Origin: Pseudomonadota bacterium
GTDB lineage: Bacteria > Pseudomonadota > Gammaproteobacteria > Burkholderiales > Burkholderiaceae_C
Assembly: GCA_041169085.1 (NCBI GenBank)
Contig: JBEEJT010000218.1
Location: 15,596-79,595, forward strand
Direction of reading: 5' to 3'
DNA: 64,000 bases
The notes beneath the pieces were generated by a model. It saw only the letters and a list, made by a program, of their open reading frames with translations, ran no database searches and had not been told where the DNA came from. The position numbers and the translations under genes were made by a program. This document shows positions 34,199 to 42,966 of this stretch, one piece after another; position 1 is the stretch's first letter; each line of letters opens with the position of its first letter.

Positions 34199-34819
34199 TC
34201 ACGGGCGCGAAGGGAAGAGGCCCGTGACCGCGATGCAGGCGGTCATGCCCAGGTAAGGGTTGCGGATGTCCAGGGGTTGGCCGCCGCCGGCCGAGCCCAT
34301 CGCGATGGCCGAGCTGCTCATGTTGTCGGTGGCCGCGCCGGTGCTGAAGTTGCTGGAGCGCGCCAGTTTGGCCGGCACGGCGCCAGCCGGGCTGTCGCTG
34401 TTGCCTGCCGCAGCGGTGCCCTTGAGTTGCGCCGTGTGGGTGTGGGCGGGCATTTGGTTGACCTGGATGTTGACCTGGGTCTGGCCGCCAGTCTGGCCCA
34501 AGGTGACCGCGAGCGCCCCCGGGCGTTGGCCAGTGCCCACTGCAACGCGGCCGCGCAAATCGGGCAAAGCGAACGATTGCACCCCGTTGCCGCCATAGGT
34601 TGTGCCGAGAAGCGCATACACGGCTTGGTACTGATAGATGGACAGTTCGCGGCCGTCTGCAGGCAAGTATCCCTGAGGGCAGAAATTGGCTGCGGTGTAG
34701 CACACCGAGCCGATGTAGGGCTCTGCGGTGCACGTGGCGTGAGCCGGGGCGCTCAACAGGGCGCAAGCGGCGATGCCAGCATGAAGGGCGATGCGCGCCC
34801 GGGTGCTCGAAAGGGTCAT
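34199..34819 (-). CDS. Phage tail-collar-domain (microcystin-dependent-protein-like) protein with Sec signal peptide
   Basis: Leader ending SAPAHA; EPYIGSV...PQGYLPADGRELSI...VYALLGTTYGGNGVQSFALPDLRGRVAVG; QMPAHTH; C-terminal PYLGMTACIAVTGLFPSR. Confidence 0.85.
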   Translation of the reverse strand: MTLSSTRARIALHAGIAACALLSAPAHATCTAEPYIGSVCYTAANFCPQGYLPADGRELSIYQYQAVYALLGTTYGGNGVQSFALPDLRGRVAVGTGQRPGALAVTLGQTGGQTQVNIQVNQMPAHTHTAQLKGTAAAGNSDSPAGAVPAKLARSSNFSTGAATDNMSSSAIAMGSAGGGQPLDIRNPYLGMTACIAVTGLFPSRP

Positions 34820-34850
34820 GGGGATTCCTGCTGAAGTGGATGGTTAGGGC

Positions 34851-35675
34851 TCAGGTGCGGCGGCGCATCAGGGCCAGAGTGAACAGGCCAGACAAGGCCA
34901 GCGTGAGGGTGGAGGGCAAGGGCACCGTGCTGGTGATGGGGGGGATGACCGGGGGCTGCAAGATCACGCCGTTGACGGCGATGATGTCGATCACCAGCTG
35001 CGCCTGGATGTCGTTGGACAAATTGCCCGCGGCATACAGGCCGCCCCAGGTGCGCTGAAGCGCCGTGAAACTGGTTTGCTGGCCAGGGGCGAGCTGCACG
35101 GCGAAGGCGTTCCCTTCGCTGGCCACGTTCATGTTGTTGCCAGGGCCGGTGTTGACCGTGTCCACGCGATGGTCGGAGAACAACAGTTCGTTGTTGGCGG
35201 CGTCTCGCACCGAGATGTCGGCGATCCCGTAGGCGTCGGCACCTGTGGCGGTCACCACGTTGTTGATCAAGCCATTGAAGACGATCGCGTAGGTGTTGCT
35301 GCTCGACAGGTTGCTCAGGTTGAAGGCGTAGTCGACGAAGACGCCGCGCCCCTCGGCTGTGGCTTGCGTTGCCGACAGCGTCAGGCGGGCGCCCAGGCCA
35401 TCGCCTGAGCTCAGCAGGTGGTTGCTGAGGCTGGCCAATTGCCAGGTGGCTGGGTCGCCCGAAAAGCTGATGCTGCTGATGCTGCCGCCGCTGGTCAGAG
35501 ACAAAGTGGCCGATTGGCTGGCGCCACCGGTCGGGGCATAGGCGTTGGCGGTGTCGATGCTCACCGAGCCTGTGACTTTGAGGTCGGCCGGCAGGGCCAC
35601 GGTGCCAGTCGCCCAAGCGGGGACGCTCAAAGCCAGGGCGGCCAGAGCGGTGAGTTGCCTCGCTGAAATCGTCAT
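34851..35675 (-). CDS. Exosortase-type surface protein with VPLPS-CTERM (PEP-CTERM variant) tail
   Basis: Signal peptide (SVPAWA), Ser/Thr/Asn-rich body, C-terminal VPLPS-TLTLALSGLFTLALM-RRRT. Confidence 0.8.
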   Translation of the reverse strand: MTISARQLTALAALALSVPAWATGTVALPADLKVTGSVSIDTANAYAPTGGASQSATLSLTSGGSISSISFSGDPATWQLASLSNHLLSSGDGLGARLTLSATQATAEGRGVFVDYAFNLSNLSSSNTYAIVFNGLINNVVTATGADAYGIADISVRDAANNELLFSDHRVDTVNTGPGNNMNVASEGNAFAVQLAPGQQTSFTALQRTWGGLYAAGNLSNDIQAQLVIDIIAVNGVILQPPVIPPITSTVPLPSTLTLALSGLFTLALMRRRT

Positions 35676-35747
35676 GTGGTGTCCTGTTGCGTGATGTGCA
35701 GTTTGGCGCGACTGTATGGTCTCCAGCCTGCCGGCACAAGTTGCAAG

Positions 35748-36746
35748 CTAGGGGAGACCCCGCAACTGGATGCCCAATGGGCAATGGTCGGACAAGAGCT
35801 TGCCCTGTTCGCGCAAGCTGTAGGCCACGCGCATGAAGGCGGTGCGCCGACTTTGCGCTTTGAGCTTGTCGCTGATCAGCACGTCGTCGATGTAGGCGTT
35901 GAAATGGTCATCGGTGTCGCACGGCACATAGGGTTCTCCTTCGGTCGCACGGTGCAACACGGCACCTGTGGGCACGCCATCGCTCCACGCCTTGAACATG
36001 GCCAAGGGCGCCGACTCATCGGAGCCCTCAGGCAGTCGGGCATCCTTGTCGAGGTGGCGGTTGAAGTCACCCATCACGACAAAGGCGACGCCCTCGCGCG
36101 CTCGTGCATCGATCCAGTGCTCCACCACAGGGACCTGCTCTCGCAGCTTGCCGCAGGGCTTGAATGCCCGATCGAGCTGACCGTTGAAACAGCCGCTTTT
36201 CATGTGCACTGCCAGCAGGCGCACGGCTTGAGGGGTGCCCGGCCACAAAGTGATGTCGGCACCGGCGCGGCTGCGCCCATCGGCATCGAGCTCGGCCAAT
36301 TCCGGGTTGCACAGGTAAGGGATGCCATCGCGGATGGCGAAGCCCACTTTTTGTGGATGGGCCCGCCGGATGAAGCAATCGGTCATCCAGCCTTTGCGGA
36401 AAACCAGGTCGGCTGCGGCGGGGCCGTCGACTTCTTGCAGCGCCACCACATCGGCCTGGAACTCGGTGAGCAGCCGCTGGGCCGTGCGGGCCAGCGCATC
36501 CAGGTCAGCGGCGGTGCGTTGGGGGGGCTGTTCGCGCCCTGGGGTGCAGGGCAGTGCGTGTTCGCTGGAGGGCGGCTGCTGTGCCTTGCACTGCGGCCGC
36601 ATGGCCCGATCGGCCTCGGGCGTGATGAGCCACGCCATGTTCCACGTCATCAGGGTGAACGTGGGGCCACGCGGTGCCGCCTGTGCCCTGGTGGCGCCGA
36701 TCGCCCAGGCCCACAGTGCGATGCACAACAAGAACCTGGGCTTCAT
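35748..36746 (-). CDS. Secreted endonuclease/exonuclease/phosphatase (EEP) family protein
   Basis: Signal peptide; TWNMAW, ALQEVDG, VHMKSG, MGDFNR, IDDVL, SDHCP. Confidence 0.88.
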   Translation of the reverse strand: MKPRFLLCIALWAWAIGATRAQAAPRGPTFTLMTWNMAWLITPEADRAMRPQCKAQQPPSSEHALPCTPGREQPPQRTAADLDALARTAQRLLTEFQADVVALQEVDGPAAADLVFRKGWMTDCFIRRAHPQKVGFAIRDGIPYLCNPELAELDADGRSRAGADITLWPGTPQAVRLLAVHMKSGCFNGQLDRAFKPCGKLREQVPVVEHWIDARAREGVAFVVMGDFNRHLDKDARLPEGSDESAPLAMFKAWSDGVPTGAVLHRATEGEPYVPCDTDDHFNAYIDDVLISDKLKAQSRRTAFMRVAYSLREQGKLLSDHCPLGIQLRGLP

Positions 36747-36762
36747 GGCGGCCTTCGGGGGC

Positions 36763-37668
36763 TCAGATGCCCAGCGCGGCGCGGTCCAGCGTGTAGTTCT
36801 GCGGGCCGGCGGCGGCGATCTTGATGGCGCCGATCTGGTTGGCCAGGGCCACCGACTTGACCAGGTCCCAGCCCTGGGTCAGGCCGAACAGCAGGCCGCC
36901 GCGGAAGGCGTCGCCACAGCCGGTCGGGTCGACCACGGCCGCGGCCTTGACGCCCGGCACGTGGGTCTTCACGCCTTGCACGTACACGTTGCAGCCTTCG
37001 GCGCCCAGGGTCTCGATCAGGCCTTGCAGGTGGCCCTTGGAGATGTCGGCCAGGCTGCGGCCGGTGCGGTCGGCCAGCAACTTGGCTTCGTAGTCGTTGA
37101 CGGCCACCCAGGTGGCTTGCGAGATGAAGCGCTCCAGGTCAGCACCGTCGAACATCGGCAGGCCTTGGCCCGGGTCGAAGATGAAGGGGATCTTGGCGGC
37201 TTGCAGCTGCTCGGCGTGCTGGATCATGGCGTCGCGGCCATCGGGGGCCACGATGGCCAGCTTGATCGAGGCGTCGGCTTCGATGCGCTGGATGTGGGCC
37301 TGGCCCATGGCGCCGGGGTGGAAGGCCGTGATCTGGTTGTTGTCGGCGTCGGTGATGATGATGGCCGTCGCGGTGTAGTCCTCTTCCACCGTGTGGACGT
37401 ACTTCAGGCTCACGCCCATGGCTTCCAGGTGGTTGCGGTACAGGGCGCCGTCTTTGCCCAGCGTGGCCATGATCAGGGGCTCGCCGCCCAGCTGCTTGAG
37501 GCTGTAGGCGATGTTGCCCGCGCAGCCACCGAACTCCTTGCGCAGGGTCGGGGTCAGGAAGGACACGTTGAGGATGTGCACCTGCTCGGGCAGGATCTGC
37601 TGCGCGAAGCGACCATGGAAGTTGGTGATGGTGTCGAACGCGAGCGAACCGCAGATCAGCACGGACAT
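36763..37668 (-). CDS. PfkB-family kinase (adenosine kinase-like)
   Basis: CGSLAFDTI, FGGCAGNIAY, FDPGQG, NDYE, VDPTGCGDAFRGG; conserved neighbour of DUF3426. Confidence 0.88.
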   Translation of the reverse strand: MSVLICGSLAFDTITNFHGRFAQQILPEQVHILNVSFLTPTLRKEFGGCAGNIAYSLKQLGGEPLIMATLGKDGALYRNHLEAMGVSLKYVHTVEEDYTATAIIITDADNNQITAFHPGAMGQAHIQRIEADASIKLAIVAPDGRDAMIQHAEQLQAAKIPFIFDPGQGLPMFDGADLERFISQATWVAVNDYEAKLLADRTGRSLADISKGHLQGLIETLGAEGCNVYVQGVKTHVPGVKAAAVVDPTGCGDAFRGGLLFGLTQGWDLVKSVALANQIGAIKIAAAGPQNYTLDRAALGI

Positions 37669-37680
37669 GGGCAAAACCTT

Positions 37681-39486
37681 TCAGGGATAGAAGATGTCGG
37701 CGGTGTAGCCCGCCGGTTGCAGCTTGGCGATTTTGAGGCGCCACTGCAAGGTGGTGCTGCGCTGGGCCGGGGCGGCTTCAGGCAGTGGCAGGCCGGGGCC
37801 TGCTTGGGGTTCAGCGCCGTCTTGCCAGGTGGCGTCTTGCGGCTTGAACACGTTGCGGATGATGACGGCACCGCTGAGGTCGGTGAGCGACAGGTCGATG
37901 TGGGGCCACGCCAGCCCGATGGGGGCCTTGTTTTGCAAGACCACCGTGAGGCGGTAGACGTCGGGGCCTTCGGACGTGGCGCGCACGAAACTCAGGCTGT
38001 CGACCTGCAGGTCTTCGATGCGCAGCGGCGGCTGGATGGTGCAGCCAACCAGACGGCACCATTGCGCCAGTTGGGGGCGCAGCGGCGGGTGGTGTGCCGC
38101 GATCAGGTCGCGGAACTGGTGAGTCATCTGCGCACCCAGCAAAGCGAGCAGCATCACGGCCAGCAGCCCCAACGCGGCGCGCATGGCCGGGTGGCGCCAG
38201 CGGGCTTGAGCCTGGGCTTGTTGCACGAAGCCTGGGGTCGCTTCAGCCGCGGGGGCGGCCTTGCGGCGCAGCGCGCTGCCTTTGGCCGGCGGCTCAGCTG
38301 CAGGCTCGGCGGCAGGTGGCTCCGCGGCGGGGGCCTCTGGCGTGGCCTGGAGGTGGGCGGCGTCTTCTTCGAAGCGAGAGGGGATGGTGGACGGCTCGTC
38401 TTCCGTGGCTTCGGGCGTGCCCGGGGCGGGCTCGGCCAGCACGGTGATCGCGGGGGCGGCGGCCGGGGCTGGCGCGGCAGAGAGGTCCTCTTCGGCGTCC
38501 AGCAGCCAGTCGTCGGGCACTTCCGCGTCGGCGAAATCGGGGGAGTCGGTCGGGCGGCGGGCGGCGGCCGGCCGGTCGCGCCGGGTGGAAGGCAGCAGGT
38601 AGCGGGAGTCCAGCGCGTCTGATTCTTCGGTGCTGGGCACCAGGTCGTAGCGGCTGGGGCTGGACCAGTCGTCGCCGCCGCTGTCAGGCGGGGGCGCGCT
38701 GTCTGAAACGGTGAGGCCCGCGAGCTGGAAGTCGCCAGCAGGGCCTGCGGCGGCCGGTGCGGCCCGGTGGTCGGGTTCGGGCGCAGGCTGAGGCGAGCGG
38801 GCTTCGGCCGGGTCCGAGCCCATGGGCGACAGGCGCAGCGACAGCGGTGCGCTCATGCCTTCGAGCTCAGGGGGCGCCGAGGGGTCGGTGAGGTCGGCCG
38901 TCTGTCGGGGGATGAGGTCGACGGCGGTGTCGAGTTCGATGTCGTCGAGGCCCGGCGTGCGTGGCGCGGCATCGGCTGGCGCCGGTGGGTCGGCGGGGTC
39001 GGCGGGGTCGGCGGGGTCGGCGGGGTCGGCGGGCGCCTCGGGCACCACGGTGTCGAGGTCGAAGTCGGTGGTGGCGGGCACGGGGGCCAGCCAGGATCGG
39101 GTCTGCGCAGGGGCGGGTTGGGGCCCGATGCGCGGCCCCGCGGGGGCGGCGGCGACCGGCTCAGGCGGTGCGGTGTCGTCGAGTTCGCTTTGCGGCAAGG
39201 TGGCCGGCCACTCCGAGGGGGGCTGGCTGGGCGGGTTGTCGCGCTCGTCGGCGTCGGCCGTGGTGACCTCGTCGGCAGGTTGCGGCTGGGCAACGGCCTG
39301 GCTCTGTTCGGGTGCGGGGGCCTGGCGCGGTGGCGGCGGCTCCCTGTCGAGGTCAAACAGGGTGGGCAGGGCGTGGAAAACCTCGTTGCAACGGCCACAG
39401 CGCACCCAGCCCTCGGAGACCTTCAATTGGTCTTCGACGACCTTGAAGATCGTGCCGCAATGGGTGCAACGGGTGGCCAGGCTCAT
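37681..39486 (-). CDS. Zinc-ribbon (MJ0042-type) + DUF3426 membrane protein
   Basis: TRCTHCGTIFKVVEDQLKVSEGWVRCGRCNEVF, long acidic Pro/Ala linker, TM helix, C-terminal LQNKA..WPHIDLSLTD...YTADIFYP. Confidence 0.85.
   Translation of the reverse strand: MSLATRCTHCGTIFKVVEDQLKVSEGWVRCGRCNEVFHALPTLFDLDREPPPPRQAPAPEQSQAVAQPQPADEVTTADADERDNPPSQPPSEWPATLPQSELDDTAPPEPVAAAPAGPRIGPQPAPAQTRSWLAPVPATTDFDLDTVVPEAPADPADPADPADPADPPAPADAAPRTPGLDDIELDTAVDLIPRQTADLTDPSAPPELEGMSAPLSLRLSPMGSDPAEARSPQPAPEPDHRAAPAAAGPAGDFQLAGLTVSDSAPPPDSGGDDWSSPSRYDLVPSTEESDALDSRYLLPSTRRDRPAAARRPTDSPDFADAEVPDDWLLDAEEDLSAAPAPAAAPAITVLAEPAPGTPEATEDEPSTIPSRFEEDAAHLQATPEAPAAEPPAAEPAAEPPAKGSALRRKAAPAAEATPGFVQQAQAQARWRHPAMRAALGLLAVMLLALLGAQMTHQFRDLIAAHHPPLRPQLAQWCRLVGCTIQPPLRIEDLQVDSLSFVRATSEGPDVYRLTVVLQNKAPIGLAWPHIDLSLTDLSGAVIIRNVFKPQDATWQDGAEPQAGPGLPLPEAAPAQRSTTLQWRLKIAKLQPAGYTADIFYP
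38987..39031. repeat. 9-bp tandem repeat (GGGTCGGCG)x5 encoding Pro-Ala-Asp repeats
   Basis: Five perfect copies counted directly. Confidence 0.9.
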
Positions 39487-39616
39487 GAGGCCCGTTTATG
39501 CCATTGATCGGGGCCTTTTTCCGTCCCGCCACCGGATTTGCGGTGGCAGGGACGTTGGCCGGGTGCAACTGGCGCCAACACGGCTGTGCAAGCGCCTGAT
39601 GCGCGTCAAGCGTCGG

Positions 39617-40501
39617 TCAGAAGCTGCCCTTGCTGCCGAAGTTCGACAAGTCGGTGCCCTGGGCACGGAAGAAGGTGCCGTAGCGTTCGTCTTCGTCAAC
39701 GAAGCGCTTGGCCCAGGCCAGGGCGTATTTGGCCACGTGGGCTTGCGAGCTGGCGCTGGCGGTCGTCCACAGCGACAGGTGGTTGAAGCCGGCCAGTTCG
39801 ACCCACACGGCGGGCGTGCTGCCGTCCAGGGCCTGGAAGAAGGGCTTGGACCAGCTGCTGGCCAGGCCATCGTTCTGGGCGGTGAGCACCAGCGTGGGGG
39901 TCTTGGTGGTGGTGGCCAGGCTCTTGTAGCTGGTGCCGGGCTCGCCCGCCATCAGGCCCACGAGCGCCTTGAGTTCGGGGTGGGTGGCGGCGGCGTAGAA
40001 GGTGCCGGCGCCGCCAGCCGAGTGGCCCATGAAGGCCACGCGGGTCTCGTCGACCTGGCCAGCCCAGGCCACGGCCTGCACCTTGTTCTGGGCCTTCATG
40101 GCGTCCATCACGGCCACCAGTTGCGTGGCCCGGGCCTTGGGCATGTCCAGCAGCGATTTGGTTTGCACCACGGCCACCACAAAGCCATGCGAGGCGATGC
40201 GCTCGGCGATGCCGGCATACAGGCCGGCCGAGCTCACGAAGCCCGGGCACAGCACCACCAGGCCAAAGGTGCCCTGGCTGCGGTCGGTGGGGTGGTAAAC
40301 GGTGGTGCCATTGCCGTAAGCCGACGCGTTGACCAGCGTGGCCTTGGCGGTGGCGAACGGGCCGGCGGCCTCGATGCTGGCCACGGTGGGGGCCGGGCCT
40401 TTGGCGTAGCCGGCGGCGAAGGCCGACGACATGGCGGCGGCGCCGAGGGTGAGGCCGGCGATCAGGCGGCGGACGGAAGTGGAGGGGGAAGCGGTGCGCA
40501 T
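39617..40501 (-). CDS. Secreted PETase/cutinase-like alpha/beta hydrolase (294 aa)
   Basis: GGAG RBS; signal peptide; YAKGPAPTVASIEAAGPF, TVYHPT, CPGF, RIASHGFVV, MGHSAGG, QNDGLA, GFNH, WAKRFVDEDERYGTF; triad S161/D211/H241. Confidence 0.85.
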   Translation of the reverse strand: MRTASPSTSVRRLIAGLTLGAAAMSSAFAAGYAKGPAPTVASIEAAGPFATAKATLVNASAYGNGTTVYHPTDRSQGTFGLVVLCPGFVSSAGLYAGIAERIASHGFVVAVVQTKSLLDMPKARATQLVAVMDAMKAQNKVQAVAWAGQVDETRVAFMGHSAGGAGTFYAAATHPELKALVGLMAGEPGTSYKSLATTTKTPTLVLTAQNDGLASSWSKPFFQALDGSTPAVWVELAGFNHLSLWTTASASSQAHVAKYALAWAKRFVDEDERYGTFFRAQGTDLSNFGSKGSF

Positions 40502-40514
40502 GGGGGCTCCTGGC

Positions 40515-40539
40515 GAATTGTTCTGAACATGAACAATTC
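40515..40539. promoter_or_regulatory. Perfect inverted repeat 14-38 bp upstream of the hydrolase start (candidate operator)
   Basis: GAATTGTTC-tgaacat-GAACAATTC. Confidence 0.6.
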
Positions 40540-40568
40540 TTCCGACGCGCGGCGCCCGCAACCACGGG

Positions 40569-40599
40569 AAAAGCCCGGGGCGGTTTCCCGACCCGGGCT
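40569..40599 (-). terminator. Intrinsic terminator after prmA
   Basis: AGCCCGGG...CCCGGGCT stem followed on the minus strand by TTT. Confidence 0.6.
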
Positions 40600-40644
40600 G
40601 GCGTTCGCTTCGAAGCGTGTGCGCCTCAGGCGAGGCGGGATGCA

Positions 40645-41583
40645 TCAAACCGGCTTGCGCGCGGTCATCAGGATCCAACCGTCTTCCGAGTTGCTGACCT
40701 GCAGTTGCAGGCCCACTTCGGCGTAGGCGTCTTTGAGCTCTTGTTCCTGGCGGGCCAGGATGCCGGCCAGCACCAGGTGGCCACCGGGGGCCACGTGGCC
40801 GGCCAGCAGCGGCGCCAGCATCTTCAGCGGCGTGGCCAGGATGTTGGCCAGCACCAGCGGGTAGGCGCCTTGGGCTTCGCCCACCAAGTCGGGCAGGCCG
40901 GCCCGAATGGGCAATTTGCCGTCGGGGTCCTTCAGGTGGGCCAGGTTGGCTTCGGCGTTGGCGTTGGTGGCATCCACCGCGGCCGGGTCGATGTCGACCG
41001 CGTCGATCAGGCCCGAACCAAACAACGCGGCCCCGATGGCCAGGATGCCGGAGCCGCAACCGTAATCCAGCACGGGTTGGCCCTGGAAGGCTTCAGGGTG
41101 TTGGGCCGTCCACTTCAGGCACATGCGGGTGGTGGGGTGGGTGCCCGTTCCAAAGGCCAGGCCCGGGTCCAGGCGCATCACGGTCTGGGCTGCCGCCGGC
41201 ACCTCGTGCCACGTGGGCACGATGAAGAAGGTGTCGGTGATGGGCACAGGCTTGAACTGCGACTGCGTCAGGCGCACCCAATCTTGTTCGTCCACGGGCT
41301 GGATGCCCTGAACGTGGACGTCTGCGGCCCAGTCCTGGGCCAACAAGAGCGTGGCCGCTTCCAGCGCTTCCGCTTCGGTCGGGAACAAGCTCTTGATGGT
41401 GGAGCGCTGCCAGGCTTCGCGCGCCACCGGCATGCCCGGTTCGCCCCACAGGGCTTCTTCGTGTTCCGTGTCGGCATCGGCGTCTTCGACGGACACGGAC
41501 AAGGCGTCGACCTCCATGAGCGCGTCGCTCAAGGTTTCGACTTCGGCCTCTTTGGCCAGCAGGGTGAGTTCAAACAGGGGCAT
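40645..41583 (-). CDS. prmA: Ribosomal protein L11 methyltransferase
   Basis: DWVRLTQSQFKP, LDPGLAFGTGTHPTT, LDYGCGSGILAI, ANILA. Confidence 0.95.
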   Translation of the reverse strand: MPLFELTLLAKEAEVETLSDALMEVDALSVSVEDADADTEHEEALWGEPGMPVAREAWQRSTIKSLFPTEAEALEAATLLLAQDWAADVHVQGIQPVDEQDWVRLTQSQFKPVPITDTFFIVPTWHEVPAAAQTVMRLDPGLAFGTGTHPTTRMCLKWTAQHPEAFQGQPVLDYGCGSGILAIGAALFGSGLIDAVDIDPAAVDATNANAEANLAHLKDPDGKLPIRAGLPDLVGEAQGAYPLVLANILATPLKMLAPLLAGHVAPGGHLVLAGILARQEQELKDAYAEVGLQLQVSNSEDGWILMTARKPV

Positions 41584-41606
41584 GTCGGTGGGGCTTGGGG
41601 CCAGGT

Positions 41607-42956
41607 TCAACGCTTGCGCGCGGCCATCCAGCCTTCGAGGTAATGGATGTCGGTGCCGCCTTCAACGAACTTGGCGTCGACCATCAGCTCGCGGTGCAGC
41701 GGGATGTTGGTCTGGATGCCTTCGACCACGGTTTCCGACAGGGCGGTGCGCATGCGGGCCAGGGCCTGCTCGCGGGTGTCGCCGTGCACGATGATCTTGC
41801 CGATCATGGAGTCGTAGTTGGGGGGCACGAAGTAGTTCGTGTAGACGTGGGAATCCACGCGCACGCCAGGGCCGCCCGGCGCGTGCCAAGTGGTGATGCG
41901 GCCGGGCGACGGGATGAACTTCACCGGGTCTTCGGCGTTGATGCGCACCTCGATGGCGTGGCCGCGCAGTTCCACCTGACGTTGCGTGAAGGGCAGCTTT
42001 TCGCCTGCGGCCACACGGATCTGCATCTGCACGATGTCGATGCCGCTCGTCATCTCGGTGACGGGGTGCTCCACCTGCACGCGGGTGTTCATCTCGATGA
42101 AGTAGAACTCGCCGTTTTCATAGAGGAACTCGAAGGTGCCGGCGCCTCGGTAGCCGATCTTCTTGCAGGCGGCAGCGCAGCGGTCGCCCACCTTTTCGAT
42201 GATGCGACGGGGGATGCCAGGCGCCGGTGCCTCTTCGATGATCTTTTGGTGGCGGCGCTGCATGGAGCAGTCGCGCTCACCCAGCCAGACCGCGTTCTTG
42301 TGCTGGTCGGCCATGACCTGGATTTCGACGTGGCGCGGGTGCTGGAGGAACTTCTCCATGTACACCTCGGGGTTGCCGAACGCGGCGCCCGCTTCCGCCT
42401 TGGTGGTCTGCACGGCGTGGATCAGCGCGGCTTCGGTGTGCACCACACGCATGCCCCGGCCACCGCCACCGCCTGCGGCCTTGATGATGACGGGGTAGCC
42501 CACCTGGCGGGCGATCTTGATGATTTCCTTCGGGTCTTCCGGCAGGGCGCCGTCCGAGCCCGGCACGCAAGGCACGCCCGACTTGATCATGGCCTGCTTG
42601 GCCGAGACCTTGTCGCCCATCAGGCGGATGGACTCCGGTGTGGGGCCGATGAAGGTGAAGCCCGATTGCTCGACGCGCTCGGCGAAGTCGGCGTTCTCAG
42701 ACAGGAAGCCATAGCCGGGGTGGATGGCCTCGGCGTCGGTCACTTCGGCGGCCGAGATGATGGCCGGCATGTGCAGGTAGCTCTGGGCAGACGGGGCCGG
42801 GCCAATGCACACGGCCTCGTCGGCCAGCTTCACGTACTTGGCTTCGCGGTCGGCTTCGGAATACACCACCACCGACTGGATGCCCATTTCGCGGCACGCC
42901 CGCTGGATGCGCAGGGCGATCTCGCCACGGTTGGCGATCAGGATCTTCTTGAACAT
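41607..42956 (-). CDS. accC: Acetyl-CoA carboxylase biotin carboxylase subunit
   Basis: [51 protein letters not shown]. Confidence 0.97.
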   Translation of the reverse strand: MFKKILIANRGEIALRIQRACREMGIQSVVVYSEADREAKYVKLADEAVCIGPAPSAQSYLHMPAIISAAEVTDAEAIHPGYGFLSENADFAERVEQSGFTFIGPTPESIRLMGDKVSAKQAMIKSGVPCVPGSDGALPEDPKEIIKIARQVGYPVIIKAAGGGGGRGMRVVHTEAALIHAVQTTKAEAGAAFGNPEVYMEKFLQHPRHVEIQVMADQHKNAVWLGERDCSMQRRHQKIIEEAPAPGIPRRIIEKVGDRCAAACKKIGYRGAGTFEFLYENGEFYFIEMNTRVQVEHPVTEMTSGIDIVQMQIRVAAGEKLPFTQRQVELRGHAIEVRINAEDPVKFIPSPGRITTWHAPGGPGVRVDSHVYTNYFVPPNYDSMIGKIIVHGDTREQALARMRTALSETVVEGIQTNIPLHRELMVDAKFVEGGTDIHYLEGWMAARKR

Positions 42957-42966
42957 GAAGACCCCC

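Noticed and set aside
34199-34819. Prophage or tailocin suggested by the tail-collar domain
   Set aside because: No integrase, capsid, terminase, sheath, tube, baseplate or lysis genes are nearby, and the protein has a signal peptide.
35676-35747. Sigma-54 promoters upstream of the CTERM genes (GGCACAAGTTGC near 35733; GGCAACAATACGC near 44934)
   Set aside because: GG-to-GC spacing is 8 and 9 nt instead of the required 10, and the first is on the wrong strand.
38987-39031. Possible CRISPR-like repeat
   Set aside because: The units are 9 bp with no spacers, lie inside a CDS, and no cas genes are present.
39522-39554. Strong hairpin after the PETase-like gene as its terminator
   Set aside because: On the coding (minus) strand it is followed by A residues, not a U tract, so its function is unclear.
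39617-41059. 480-aa version of the PETase-like ORF
   Set aside because: The extra 186 codons overlap prmA in another frame and cross a terminator; the RBS and signal peptide place the start at 40501.
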